Under the pieces are notes generated by a model, which had not been told where the DNA came from, ran no database searches, and was given only the letters and a program-made list of their open reading frames with translations. From NCBI GenBank assembly GCA_001600815.1, contig BCKZ01000005.1, positions 443,532 to 494,174 on the forward strand: a stretch of 50,643 nt of DNA. Reading direction: 5' to 3'. The translations under genes were made by a program, and so were the position numbers. Origin of the DNA: Alloascoidea hylecoeti (Eukaryota). This document shows positions 9,717 to 21,660 of the stretch, piece by piece. Position 1 is the first letter of the stretch. Each line of letters begins with the position of its first letter.

Positions 9717-12700
9717 ATGTCCCCTTCTGCTACGGACCAAATCGATACCACCAGCATTGAAAAGGCCGCCTTGTCTTTATACAATAACGATGCTCTCAAT
9801 TTTGTACCACACTCCCAATACCTGAATGTTCTTACCCAGCCAAACACGCACACACAACTTTTACTGCACCATTTTATCTTGAATTTCGAATGGCACGGGA
9901 TTAATGTGATCCAAGCCTTAAGACAACTGTGCCTGAAAATCCCATTAAAGGGTGAATCTCAACAGATTAATAGGCTACTTGACGAATTTTCTCGGGTTTG
10001 GTTTGAGTCGAACCCAATGACCATATTTAAGACCTTCGATAATGTTTATGCGGTTAGTTATGCTTGTTTATTATTAAACACTGAACAGCATGGTATTGAA
10101 AAAAAATATAGAACGATGACTTTGGAGTCTTTCATTGAAAATACAATGGAAATCCTGGAAACAGACATGAACAAAATTGAACAAAGTAGATGTAGAAAAT
10201 GTCTTGAAGATTTATTTAATGATATTGTTAATGAAGAATTACCATATTTGAAAGATGAAAATGAACAAAAGAGCCCGAGTCCAAAAAAGAAAGACCATAA
10301 ATTTCACAATAAATCAAAATCTCAAAACACTTTAATAAGAATCACATCTTCTGATCCCATCAATATTAATAATGATTCCTTAATATCTGCACCTATTCTT
10401 CACCATTCGGGATCGAAATCTAGGTCAGAAGAGATCATCGTTTCTTCTGCTACTTCCCTCTCACATTCTGTACCCAATTTACGCGAAATACAAAGTACAA
10501 ATCACTCGGAAACCGAAGATGACCTCTTATTTGATGAAAGAGTGCTACATAAAAAACATTCAAGGTTATCTGAATTTGATGATGATTCTTTAAAATCTCT
10601 AACAATTAAAGGTAATGGACGTGATTTTGTTTATACAAAGTCTCAATTTACGCCTCCCAAACAACTAATAATAGCCAAAAATGAAAGTCGATCACGAAGA
10701 AGATCGGAATCTTTAAAAAATGATATGATTTATCAACATTTACCTTTACATCCTCGTTCCGGTTCAATTGCAAGCTTAAGTGCATATAACAATAACAACA
10801 ACAATAATAATTATGTGCCTCCACATTCACATCATCCAAATCATTCACATTCGCATACACATTCACATTCACATTCGCATAACAATATTAGGACGAAGGG
10901 TATTAATTATAATGATAAATATCTAAATCCAAATGTATCGTCTTTAAAAAATAGAGCAACAGATTCAAGTTTTTCCTTTTCTTCAACCTCTTCAAATCGT
11001 GATTTTATTATTAATAGTAGTATAACAACAGATTTAAACGAAACATTTCAAAATGATGATGATGATACTTTATTACAACCATCAATCGACTTTTCAAATT
11101 CAGTAACATTTGATGATATTTCAAATCATGTACCATGGGGTATGCAAGCATTAGTTGATTATATTGAATTAAAAGATGAAACTCTTATTAATTCAAATTC
11201 TAATTCAAATTCTAATTCAAATTCAAATGATGATTCAAATGATATTTCAGTATTGTCAGGAAACACATCATCGAAACCATCAACTTTTGAAAGAAGAAGA
11301 CAACGTAAAATAAGTAGTATTTATATACCATTATCAAGATCCGATTCAAATTCTGCTCCTTCATCACCAAAATCTCCAACATGGAAACCATCAGGTTTAT
11401 CTCATGGTTATAGTAGATCATCAATTGAAGTCTCATCAATATATAATGATAATTCAATAGCCAATTCTATACAACAGTCAGCATCATTAAACGTTAAGAA
11501 AACAAGAAATGCTAGTATAACTTCATTATCATCTAAATCAAAATTAAAATCAAAATATTCTCGTTCAAATCAATGGAATAAAGTATTTGCAGTTGTTGAA
11601 ACAAATTCCTTATATCTTTATAAATTTAAAAAGGATGATTCTAATGGTAGATCTAAAAATAGAAATATGGCAATAGGTAGTGGTAATTGGAAATCAAAAG
11701 TTTCAATTATTAAAGAATATTCTTTATCAAATTCTTATGCTCAATTAATGAATGGTACAAATAAGCCATTTTCTTTTAAAAGTGGTAATGAGAATAATAA
11801 TGGTGATAATACAATATGGAGTTTAATGGTACTAGATAATTCAAATAATTATAATATTGATACAGATTATGATGGTAAACAAATTTTTAAAACTTTGATG
11901 TTTCACACTGGTACAATTGAATTAGCAAAAGAATTTGTCTTATCATGTAATTATTGGGCAGGTAGAATGATTATTCCTCCAAAAAGTGATATTTTTTCAA
12001 ATGTTGAATATGGTTGGGGTCCAATATTGAAAAAATTAACTACTAATTCTTCACCAGCATCATCTTCCCTACATTTACAAACAAATTCATTTTCCAATAA
12101 TAATAATGATGATGATACTAATAGTTTAAATAGTTTGGAAGTTGATGTTAATTTAGAAGGTTATTATGATAGATTAACAGAATCTGAACTTTTAGAAATT
12201 AGAAATAAAACAGCAAAATTAACAAATATAATGGATTGGGATGCACCTTCGTCAAATGCTGTTATAATACCATCATCATCACCAGTAGCTTCATTTTCAC
12301 CTTCACTTAAGAATAATCTTACACCAATGAGAAGTGGTAGTGTTAGAGTTACACATAAGAAAGGTGAACCAACAAAAATTGAAAATTTAAAAGGTCAATT
12401 CCAAACAAGTAGAACAACAAGTATATTACCAATAATACCATCACATAATACAACAATTTCAAGTATTTTAACAAGAGATTTTAAACAAAGAGAAATGTTA
12501 AAACAATATTTAAAAAATTTAAAATTAATTATAATTCAACATCAATCATATTTAAAAATAATTAAAAAAATTTATTATCCAGCAAATTCAAATTTTAAAA
12601 AAGTTTATAAAAATTGGAATAAAAAAAATTTATGGCTATTAAATTTATTAAATAGATTTAATAATTATGTTGTTTCAATTGATTCAGGTGTTTTGAAAAT

Positions 12701-13067
12701 TGAAGAAATTTGGGAAATTGAACAAAAACAAATTAAAGAAAAACAAATTAAATTAAGGAATAGAATATTACTTGAAAGAAAGGAAAAATTACTACAAAGA
12801 AAATTAATTAAATCAATGATGGATGAAAATGATATACATAATCAAAATTATAATGATTTATCATATGTTAATATTAAAGATGATATAAATATTATTAATA
12901 ATGATACATATGATAGTGATAGATCAACCGCAGACTTATTATTATCAGAAAAAGATACAAAGATCTGGTGGACAAATAAACCAAAAACAAGTCCAAATGC
13001 TAAAAGATTTGGATTCATGTCTGATAATGAAAATAAAAATTATCAGATTTTAAAACATGTATCTTGA
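9717..13067 (+). CDS. YEL1: Sec7- and PH-domain Arf guanine-nucleotide exchange factor (Yel1/EFA6-like)
   Basis: Sec7 glutamate finger ALRQLC.KIPLKGESQQINRLL and LLLNTEQH; PH-like region WNKVFAVV...SCNYWAGR; SNVEYGW; low-complexity Asn/His-Ser tracts; syntenic with KIP1/PRX1. Confidence 0.85.
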   Translation: MSPSATDQIDTTSIEKAALSLYNNDALNFVPHSQYLNVLTQPNTHTQLLLHHFILNFEWHGINVIQALRQLCLKIPLKGESQQINRLLDEFSRVWFESNPMTIFKTFDNVYAVSYACLLLNTEQHGIEKKYRTMTLESFIENTMEILETDMNKIEQSRCRKCLEDLFNDIVNEELPYLKDENEQKSPSPKKKDHKFHNKSKSQNTLIRITSSDPININNDSLISAPILHHSGSKSRSEEIIVSSATSLSHSVPNLREIQSTNHSETEDDLLFDERVLHKKHSRLSEFDDDSLKSLTIKGNGRDFVYTKSQFTPPKQLIIAKNESRSRRRSESLKNDMIYQHLPLHPRSGSIASLSAYNNNNNNNNYVPPHSHHPNHSHSHTHSHSHSHNNIRTKGINYNDKYLNPNVSSLKNRATDSSFSFSSTSSNRDFIINSSITTDLNETFQNDDDDTLLQPSIDFSNSVTFDDISNHVPWGMQALVDYIELKDETLINSNSNSNSNSNSNDDSNDISVLSGNTSSKPSTFERRRQRKISSIYIPLSRSDSNSAPSSPKSPTWKPSGLSHGYSRSSIEVSSIYNDNSIANSIQQSASLNVKKTRNASITSLSSKSKLKSKYSRSNQWNKVFAVVETNSLYLYKFKKDDSNGRSKNRNMAIGSGNWKSKVSIIKEYSLSNSYAQLMNGTNKPFSFKSGNENNNGDNTIWSLMVLDNSNNYNIDTDYDGKQIFKTLMFHTGTIELAKEFVLSCNYWAGRMIIPPKSDIFSNVEYGWGPILKKLTTNSSPASSSLHLQTNSFSNNNNDDDTNSLNSLEVDVNLEGYYDRLTESELLEIRNKTAKLTNIMDWDAPSSNAVIIPSSSPVASFSPSLKNNLTPMRSGSVRVTHKKGEPTKIENLKGQFQTSRTTSILPIIPSHNTTISSILTRDFKQREMLKQYLKNLKLIIIQHQSYLKIIKKIYYPANSNFKKVYKNWNKKNLWLLNLLNRFNNYVVSIDSGVLKIEEIWEIEQKQIKEKQIKLRNRILLERKEKLLQRKLIKSMMDENDIHNQNYNDLSYVNIKDDINIINNDTYDSDRSTADLLLSEKDTKIWWTNKPKTSPNAKRFGFMSDNENKNYQILKHVS

Positions 13068-13379
13068 GGAAATTATAAAAATACTTGATCATAATAGCAT
13101 TGAAAATTTATATTAAGCTGTAAAAAGGGGACAATTGCATGATATATACATTATATGAAGTGGGATGGAGTTAATCATGATATTTTGTTTGAATTTATTA
13201 AATTTATATTTTAAGCTTAAGATGTGTATATGTAGGCCAAATAAAATATGTATTTATCTTTTTTTCTTTGTTTATTTTGGTAAGCTACGACTTAAAAAGT
13301 AGTTAAAAACGCTTATTTACCCTGCCTTTGATCTTGACAAATAGAAAACTTGGGCATCAAAATAAAATATAATGAAAAA

Positions 13380-13832
13380 ATGGGGCTAAGCTTTACAATT
13401 CTAACATCATCGGATCCTTATGTTGCCCGTCGACGCAAACAAATGTTTGCCTTTTATGGGTTTTCTATAATAACATTAATTGGGGCTCGTTTTGCAATTA
13501 AAGGAACTAGAGCAAGAATCTATATTCCAACGTTATATCAACAAAATCATAGACCACCAAATTTCAACTTTCATAAAGATGCATTACTTGCTGCTGGTGT
13601 TGGAACTTTACTAGCTGGAACTACGTTTGCAACTGCTGTTTCTGGTCTTGTGTGGTCGTGGGATGTTAAGAGTCCTGAAGATTTTGCAGACAAAATGAAG
13701 AGAAAGATGGGAGGTTTTGAAAAAGATGAAGAAAGGAGGAGAATTGGTGTTGATGATGAGACAAAAGAACTTGAAAATGCTATAGAAGGTTTCCTAGGTG
13801 GAAATTTGGACTTGGACAAGAATTCAAAGTGA
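13380..13832 (+). CDS. AIM11: Mitochondrial inner-membrane protein, Aim11/Iai11 family
   Basis: RRRKQMFAFYG, IYIPTLYQQNHRPP, two hydrophobic segments, WSWDV..PEDF..KMK..MG. ATG at 13380. Follows YEL1 as YBL059W does in S. cerevisiae. Confidence 0.85.
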   Translation: MGLSFTILTSSDPYVARRRKQMFAFYGFSIITLIGARFAIKGTRARIYIPTLYQQNHRPPNFNFHKDALLAAGVGTLLAGTTFATAVSGLVWSWDVKSPEDFADKMKRKMGGFEKDEERRRIGVDDETKELENAIEGFLGGNLDLDKNSK

Positions 13833-13993
13833 TTTAAAACACTTAATTATGTATTAATTGATTCTTTAATAAAATTGTAAATATTTTGAAGAGATTAAGA
13901 AATTGTGTTCATTCAACTTACCACCCGAAATTAAATTAAACCTCCATCTCACTATAGCTGGATATGGAACTATAAAAATATTATTAAAAAAAA

Positions 13994-15052
13994 ATGGCCT
14001 CAAAACTACGTTATTTTGATATTGGTATCAATCTTACAGATCCAATGTTCCATTCATATAAGGATCTCCCACAGGTCCTTAAACGAGCTGCAGCAACAAA
14101 TGTTCAAAAACTTCTCATTACTGGTTCTTCATTATCCGAAACCAAAAATGCAATTGAATTGTGTGAAGAACTTCAATCTCAATCATTAAAAGATTATAAT
14201 GGTATAAAATTTTACTCAACAGCTGGTGTTCATCCTTGTGCTGCTAATGAAATAGTAGCTACAGAGAAAACTCATAAGACATCAGATGAATATTTATCCG
14301 AGCTAATAAGTATTACTCAATATGGTATATCTAAAGGTATAGTTAAAGCAATTGGTGAAATTGGTCTTGATTATGATAGATTACATTATACACCTGCCGA
14401 TGTTCAACGTTTATATTTTCAAAAACAACTTGAAATAATCGTCAAAGAGAATTATAATCTACCATTATTTTTACATTCTAGAGCATGTCATGAAGATTTT
14501 ATAAAAATATTAAAACCATTTTTAATAAATTTACCAAAACGTGGTGTTGTTCATTCATTTACTGGTACAATTTCAGAAATGCAAGAATTAATTGATTTAG
14601 GATTTTTCATTGGAATTAATGGTTGTTCATTAAAAACTGAAGAAAATTTGGAATTAGTTAAATCTTTACCATTAAAATATTTAATATTAGAAACAGATGG
14701 ACCATGGTGTGAAATTAGACCAAGTCATGCTAGTTCTAAATATTTAAAAGAATATCCTAATGATTTTATACCTCAGATTGCATCACCAATAGAACTTGAA
14801 GAATCTACACCAGACTTAGGATTACAAACAAAATTGAAAAGTAAAAATATCCCGAAACAATCCCCACATTATCCATTCACTCCTCTCAAAAAACCAAAAT
14901 TTACTCCAGGTTTTAATAATATGTTAAAATCAAGATGTGAGCCATGTCTTATTGGACTTGTTGCTGAAGTTGTTGCGGGCGTTAAAGGAATTGAAGCTCA
15001 AGAAGTTATTGATGCTGCTTGGGAAAATAGTTGTCATTTATTTGATGTATAA
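13994..15052 (+). CDS. TatD-family 3'-5' exo/endonuclease (YBL055C-like)
   Basis: DIGINLTDPMF, TAGVHP, IGEIGLDYDR, PLFLHSR, GVVHSFTG, GINGCSLKT, LETDGPWC. Confidence 0.93.
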   Translation: MASKLRYFDIGINLTDPMFHSYKDLPQVLKRAAATNVQKLLITGSSLSETKNAIELCEELQSQSLKDYNGIKFYSTAGVHPCAANEIVATEKTHKTSDEYLSELISITQYGISKGIVKAIGEIGLDYDRLHYTPADVQRLYFQKQLEIIVKENYNLPLFLHSRACHEDFIKILKPFLINLPKRGVVHSFTGTISEMQELIDLGFFIGINGCSLKTEENLELVKSLPLKYLILETDGPWCEIRPSHASSKYLKEYPNDFIPQIASPIELEESTPDLGLQTKLKSKNIPKQSPHYPFTPLKKPKFTPGFNNMLKSRCEPCLIGLVAEVVAGVKGIEAQEVIDAAWENSCHLFDV

Positions 15053-16262
15053 TACAAACAATATAGATAGTATTAGTTACTGTTACTACATACTGTACAA
15101 AGTATTCTATAGAAGAATATACATAGATCTAGAATGCAGTTATTTGAAAATTTATGTGTTTTTAAAGTTGATCACCATTAATTATAACATTTAAAATTGG
15201 TTCGGTATCACACCCTAATAATATTAATCATAATTAATGATACACTTATCCAATTGTTAGGATAATCCTTATAATAATGTGAATTTTCATGTGGTGGAAT
15301 CTATAAAACTAGTGAGTATATTAGATCCGTTTGAAATATTTGTCTTGTTATATAATAGTATACTTATATTCTTTATACTTGATCATTCTTCCTCATAAAA
15401 CAATTGTAAAAGGTTTATTAATTTCAAACCAAATATTGCTTAAGATTCTTATGATTTGATAAAATTATTCAATACTAAGCCTTTAAAAGTTTCTGTCCGT
15501 GGCACTCAGTGCCCAATTTATTTCAATTGCAGAATAATTGAAAATAATTTTCAAGTTATATATAAGATTCAGATCACACCTAATATTATAACAAAATCAT
15601 TCAATAGTTAAGAGAATATTATTATTTTATTTATCTAAAACTCATAACATGGCCATTACATGTCTTGTTAAATAATCAAGCAATAGTGATATTAATACTA
15701 ATTAATAGTTATTTTGGCATATTCGGTTCTTGTGAGTCATCATAATCAAATATCTTATCACATTAGCGGACGAAAACACCATCATGACAGAAGGATTCGA
15801 TACACTTTCTCTTAAGAAAAATATTCGATTATGAAACTAGTTTTTGTGATTCGCGAAGCTACCCTCCTGTTGGAAGTAGAACAACTTAAACCCGAACCCA
15901 GTTTATCTCAGCAAAATAAGCCGAATGTAATTGTGGGTTACGCCATCGACCACAGGTGATTCCAATCGACGTCTATGTCAACAGGCTAACAACCACTGAA
16001 TTCAACATACCTTTGTCAGCTATAGGGAGTTGAAGAATTCCAAGCTAAAGACTCTGAAGTGCTTGAAATACTGAAATTTATTTCAGCTCGTTGTTTACTT
16101 ATAAACAGTTTTAATCTACGAAGGGTTCCATCTCCAAGTTTTATATCTTTTACTTAAATACCTTTTTCTAAATCTTCTGATACAGTAATAGTTATTGACA
16201 TGTAGCTCTAATAATGCTGCTCTATCTAAATATGCAATTACAGAGAATTCAATAAAGCGTGG

Positions 16263-17945
16263 TTATTGAAGTTTTGTAACAATAGTTTCTGTTAGGACTG
16301 TTAGTTCTTTAAAGCTTTCAATTGTGAGTGGTGAGTGCCGATCTTCTATAGCATTATTAGTATAAAATATTTCATTAAATTTTCGAAGTATAATTTCTTT
16401 CATGAATTTAACATATCTTTCATTCATAACTTTAAGTTCATCGTCTATTAATAGTTCAATAAGATCATCTAGAAAGGCAACTTCAATTTTAACTTTCGTG
16501 GAAGGATTCATCCAAGTGAGACTGTGCCTAACATTTTCATAATTCTCTAATTCTTCAATGATAATTTCTTCATCATTATCATCATTGAACAATTGTAATT
16601 TCAATGGTGAAGTTAAAAATAAAAGTTCTCTAAAACAATCAGCTTCAATTTCAACTTTTAATAATGGGTCAGAATAACTTTCCTTATAATCAATCGTTAT
16701 TCTTGCTGTAGATTCTAATCCATATAATCTCAAGAAAAATAATGGATCTATAGAGGAATTGAAATGAGTCTCTGATATCAGTAGTTTATCCTTTAAAGCT
16801 TTATTCCAATCATCTTTATCTAATATAATATCAAGATATTTGGGTGTACCTTGACTTCTTGGGATCATTCCATACTTAAACACAAATTCATTAATTTCTT
16901 CCTCATCGTCATACCTTATAAAAATTTCAAATTCAGAACCACCTTCATTTTTATTTTTCCTATCTTTTAAAAAATCAATATCTAACATTAATAAACAATC
17001 ACCATTTTCTGAATCTAAAATATAATAAGCGTTCAGTTTGTTAATTGATTGATCATGATTTGCAAAGTCAAGGATTGGTATCATCACAGTTGTTGAAATA
17101 TCTGGATCTTCTATAGATGGTAATTCTAAGCATCTCGATCTAACAACAGCATCGGCTAATATAAAATCATCAATTGTAAATAAATCAAGATTTAATTGAT
17201 TAGTGCCAGTACTACTACTAGTTGTTCGGGACTCTAATTCTCCTTCTTTTTGATTGGAATTATTATTATCATTTAATTCTTCTAAACTTTTTAATAATTG
17301 TTCATATTTATAATTCAAAAAATCATATTTTCCAGAACTTTGTTTATATAAAAAACTACCTTTTAAATCTTTATAATCATCTGATTTCATACCGGGTAGA
17401 TTAACTTTTGTTTTCATTAAAATTTCTAGATAAATTTCAAATTTCTTTAAAATTTCAAAATCATTATCATTAACTTTATAATTTTCATTTTTCTTATTTT
17501 CATTAATTCTTAATATAAAAAACAAGCTAGCAATAAAATTCGTAATTATTGATTTTTCACTATCTGATGCAGATCTAATAAAACAAGAAATGATATTTTT
17601 AAAATTTATAGATTTTGAATTTGAATCAGAAAGATCAGATATTAATGACATAATAGTATGCAGTGAAAGAATCATGCCTTTTGGAATTCTCATCAATTCT
17701 ATATCTTTATTGTCCTCTTCCTCATATTTATCACTATTTTCCCCTTCGTCCGAATATTCTGATTTGGTGGTTGTATAATTATAAAATAAACCAATTCCAC
17801 CATCAATAATAGTCCCATTATTAAGGTTATAACTGGTTCTTTTAATTCTAATATTAGGATTTAGAGTAATAAGATTCTCAATTGCCCATTTTTGGATTTG
17901 ATTTTCTGATATATTTGGATACAATAACCTCGAATTAGATAGCAT
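16263..17945 (-). CDS. CTM1: SET-domain cytochrome c lysine N-methyltransferase
   Basis: GGIGLF, ELMRIPK, SRCLELP, IPILDFANH, NAYY..D..NGD.LL.LD and EIFIRY...KYG..P, in the order found in yeast Ctm1. Confidence 0.8.
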   Translation of the reverse strand: MLSNSRLLYPNISENQIQKWAIENLITLNPNIRIKRTSYNLNNGTIIDGGIGLFYNYTTTKSEYSDEGENSDKYEEEDNKDIELMRIPKGMILSLHTIMSLISDLSDSNSKSINFKNIISCFIRSASDSEKSIITNFIASLFFILRINENKKNENYKVNDNDFEILKKFEIYLEILMKTKVNLPGMKSDDYKDLKGSFLYKQSSGKYDFLNYKYEQLLKSLEELNDNNNSNQKEGELESRTTSSSTGTNQLNLDLFTIDDFILADAVVRSRCLELPSIEDPDISTTVMIPILDFANHDQSINKLNAYYILDSENGDCLLMLDIDFLKDRKNKNEGGSEFEIFIRYDDEEEINEFVFKYGMIPRSQGTPKYLDIILDKDDWNKALKDKLLISETHFNSSIDPLFFLRLYGLESTARITIDYKESYSDPLLKVEIEADCFRELLFLTSPLKLQLFNDDNDEEIIIEELENYENVRHSLTWMNPSTKVKIEVAFLDDLIELLIDDELKVMNERYVKFMKEIILRKFNEIFYTNNAIEDRHSPLTIESFKELTVLTETIVTKLQ

Positions 17946-19485
17946 TCTTAAAACTCATGTAGAAATATTATGATGTAACTATTTACAGTTGGATAATTGA
18001 AATTGTGTAGAATTTAAGTAGGGTAACATTTTTACCAGACTATTTTTGATTATCCATTTGTTTCCCTCCGAAGGAAGAGACCCCCACAACCACCAGAAAC
18101 AAGTACAGCAATAGAGAGAGCTAGACAAATCAAGATGGGATTTTTGATACTATAGCTACTAATTGATACCGTGTCATTCCATGTCAAATCGTTAATCCGG
18201 AACTACACAATCCTTTTCAACCTGCATTATTGAAGCTTAAAAACTTTTAGTACTAGTATAGTTAGGTAAACTTCGGTGTCAGATAAACGATCAAAGTATA
18301 ACTTGGCTAGTTGCATGTTGTTCAAATAGAGATAAGATCCGATTCATAACCGAAAGTTACTTGATATTAAAATTGTATTAGCAGTGTGCTCAAGCCTTCT
18401 CAAGGCCGAAGGATATTATAAACCGAGATAAAGTGGCTAATAATATTTCTTAGCAGGCGGTTGATAATAAAAGAATTAGATTATAATATACCTGAATATA
18501 TGGATCTCAATCAATTCAAAAAATAAATTTAAAATTGATATTTGTTTGATGATTATAAATTGCAATTTTCAGAATACGATTTAGTAGGAAATATGCACAC
18601 ATATGTACTAGTGCAGGAGCAGATCAAACCTACAACGGTTAGTAGCACCAGAACCAATTAATAGTAGTCAAGCTTTAGTTTTATAAGATGAAGAAGTGAG
18701 TTTTCAGCAGAATGTAACTAATGACCATGATCAGTATTTTTAGATGTTGTGGAGAAATTGACATTGTCATTTTCATGATCATGATTGATCATAATATTAT
18801 GCAACATAGTATAAAACAGCATACGACTAAATCAAGATATGAGTAGGACGTGGTTGGTTTCTTTAAGCTGTTTATGTTGATCTCCGAGGTAATAAAGGAG
18901 TTTTCCATTATGATTAAAATCACCATAACTTCAATTATATATTATTAAGGTTGGTATGTAATGTCGTGACAAAATAGTTTTAATCATGATGAATGATTAA
19001 ATGCTGTCAAATATCCAGGAACTACCCAATAGTCAACCAAATTTATTACTATTATATAATTAATTCTGAGTTGTGGGATTTATTATAAGTATGAATACTA
19101 TATATAGATTTATATAGATAGTTATTCTCGGTCTGTCTATATGACTATTTGCAGGTATACCATTACATTTTTGATGTTCCAAATTAATGCAGGGTTCCGG
19201 TATTAATGTTTCTTAAAAATCCCCTTATTTTTAGCAGTTCAGTCCTCGGAAACTGTCGTAAGTGCTTATAACCCCTCGTATTTAATAATAATATTGATTT
19301 AACATCAATCTACAGAGATAGTACAGAAATATGAAAATATATCTCTCGAGTTCAGGAAATATAAAAGACTCTTAATTTCCCTTCAGTTTATTTCCTACTC
19401 CTCAGATAATTCCCTAATTATTCCTTCGCTAAATCTTCCTAAATACTCTCCTTATAATTATAGCTGATTATTACTTATTATAATA

Positions 19486-20358
19486 ATGAAGTTTGCTCTT
19501 GTTACTCTTGTCTTTGCTGGCTCCGCTTTCGCTGGATTCCATAATGCTACCAAAAGTATTTACACTGAGACTGTCAATACTGTCGTTACTAAATTTACTA
19601 CTTATTGCCCCGAGGCAACTGAGTTGGTCGTTAATAATAAAACAATTACTGTTACTGGTGAAACTACTTTGACTGTTACTGATTGTCCTTGCACTATCCC
19701 AACAACTAGGGTTGTTACTTGCACTGAAACAGTCTGTAAGCCAACATCAGCACCCACTACACCTCCAAAAACATGCACCAAGAAGGAGTGTAAACCAAAA
19801 CCAAAGCCAACTAAATATACATCCTACTATGAAACTGTCGTCACAGAGTATACTACTTACTGCCCATCTCCCACGACCTTAACTCATGGTTCCGTAACAA
19901 TTCCCGTTACCGTTCCAGGTGTCGTTACTGTTACTACATGCCCTAAGGAAGGCTGTACTGTCACAACTGGTTCCGTTCTTAGTACTAGTGTTCCAGTTCT
20001 TTCTACCAAAATTACTTCAACATATGAAACAGCCGTTACTGAGTATACTACTTTCTGTCCAACTCCAACAACATTAACACATGGATCCGTGACAATTCCA
20101 ATTGAAACTGCTGGTACAGTTACGATATCTTCATGCCCAGAAGAGGGATGTGTTATTCAAACTAGTAGTGTTCTCACTGAAGTGCCAATCACAACTCCTG
20201 TTATTGTGCCTGAAACTTCAACTACTGAAACTTATTCACCATTACCAACCCAATCAATCGCTCCAACAACAATTCCAATTCAAATTGCAACCGGTGCCGC
20301 TGATAGAGTTGTTGTTCCTTTCGCTGGTTTGATGGCTCTTCTTGCATTTTTGTTGTAA
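19486..20358 (+). CDS. GPI-anchored Ser/Thr-rich cell-wall protein with Sed1/Ccw12/Pga59-type (flocculin type 3) repeats
   Basis: Signal peptide, three VT.YTT.CP..T repeats, and a C-terminal GAA omega region with hydrophobic tail. Confidence 0.9.
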   Translation: MKFALVTLVFAGSAFAGFHNATKSIYTETVNTVVTKFTTYCPEATELVVNNKTITVTGETTLTVTDCPCTIPTTRVVTCTETVCKPTSAPTTPPKTCTKKECKPKPKPTKYTSYYETVVTEYTTYCPSPTTLTHGSVTIPVTVPGVVTVTTCPKEGCTVTTGSVLSTSVPVLSTKITSTYETAVTEYTTFCPTPTTLTHGSVTIPIETAGTVTISSCPEEGCVIQTSSVLTEVPITTPVIVPETSTTETYSPLPTQSIAPTTIPIQIATGAADRVVVPFAGLMALLAFLL

Positions 20359-21525
20359 TTTATAGCGATTTGCATTTCTAATTACTTAACGAATAAATAG
20401 TTTTTATTTTCTTCAAGTATTATCTTTTAATTAATTTAATTTATGAATCAAGGTTTAAATAATTAAACTTTTTTATGAATTTTAAAATTCTTGTAATTAT
20501 CTTAAACGATAATTGTTTAAGTTTCTAATTTCTTGTTAACTGACTTTTCTATAGTTTGTATTCTGATTTTTTAATATATATCTTTATCTAATATTTGTAG
20601 TTGAAATTAATCTTCACAATCAGCTATAGTTCCCCTCTATAATAATGTAATACACGGTATATTAATATGTTTATTGATATTAGAACATTGTATTATCTAG
20701 ACAAATTAAATAGAGCAGGTGTGTATGAATAAAGATAATAATCTCAAGTTTCTTACTTATTGATAATTAAATAGTCACGAGTTAGTAGGTTTTCACGGTC
20801 GAGGCCCCAAACAAAGCTCCTGAATTGGAGGTACGGATACCTGTAATAGCTGACCAGAAGTAAATTTTTGATCTGGTGATTGCTGTAATATCTGTATATT
20901 TGTTTTATAATAATTAACATTACATTATATAAAGTTTATAATGATCTTAGCAATAATCAAGCTATACCTACGTAGATGTAGTACGTACACTCAATCACAC
21001 CTATCATAATACCCGAACCAATGAATACACAGAACTATAGGCAGCATATTAGTAGAACCTCGAGGTGGTGATTCATTTTACAGCTTTAAGTTGAAAAATA
21101 TTAGTCTAATTTGATTCGTAGGTATACGTATAGTTTATCAATATTAATATCAGTAAGTCATACTACTACTGTATACCAAATCATCCTAATTATATAACTC
21201 CTAACTAGTTACATAAATGCCATAAGTAACTAACGATCTAAATTTTATTGATATATTGTTATAACTGTCATTTTATAGGAACCTTTTGATAACTTCAAAT
21301 TGCTTACGTTGGGCAAAGCTACCAACATAAGAGGTAATCCAAATCTTAATAGTCAGAAAGAGCAGATTGGTGGTTAAGAGAAGGAATAGAGTGGCAAGAC
21401 AGCTAGAGGGTCATGCTTAGCTGTCACCATTTTTGTCCTCCGGTTGAATTACCCCACAATCCTACTGTGGTCCTAAAATGGGGCACGACGCGGCGCACAA
21501 GATGAAAAAGTTGCATGAAAAAAAT

Positions 21526-21623
21526 TGCTCCGTGGGAGGCTCGAACTCTCGACCTTCAGATAACACGTTTTCGCATTACACGGATATATGAGACTGACGC
21601 TCTACCAACTGAGCCAACGGAGC
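21526..21623 (-). tRNA. Elongator tRNA-Met(CAT) with a 25-nt intron (21562-21586)
   Basis: Reverse complement GCTCCGTTGGCTCAGTTGGTAGAGCGTCAGTCTCATA[intron]ATCTGAAGGTCGAGAGTTCGAGCCTCCCACGGAGCA gives a 73-nt mature cloverleaf. T7 Pol III terminator at 21518-21524. Confidence 0.95.
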
Positions 21624-21660
21624 TCAGGTTTTGTTGCAGCGAGAATAATCTTAAATCAAT

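Noticed and set aside
4004..9929. Possible CUG codon reassignment
   Set aside because: CTG codons at 4004 (Prx1), 9927 (Sec7 ALRQL) and in VelB FVL fall at conserved Leu positions, consistent with the standard code.
15780..16155. GC-richer stretch with broken reading frames between TatD and CTM1
   Set aside because: Possibly a pseudogene or transposon scrap, but no family motif could be assigned.
21370..21500. GC-richer hairpins (GACAGCTA/TAGCTGTC) beside an ATTTTTG Sm-like site
   Set aside because: No snRNA, SRP, RNase P/MRP or telomerase hallmark is recognisable.
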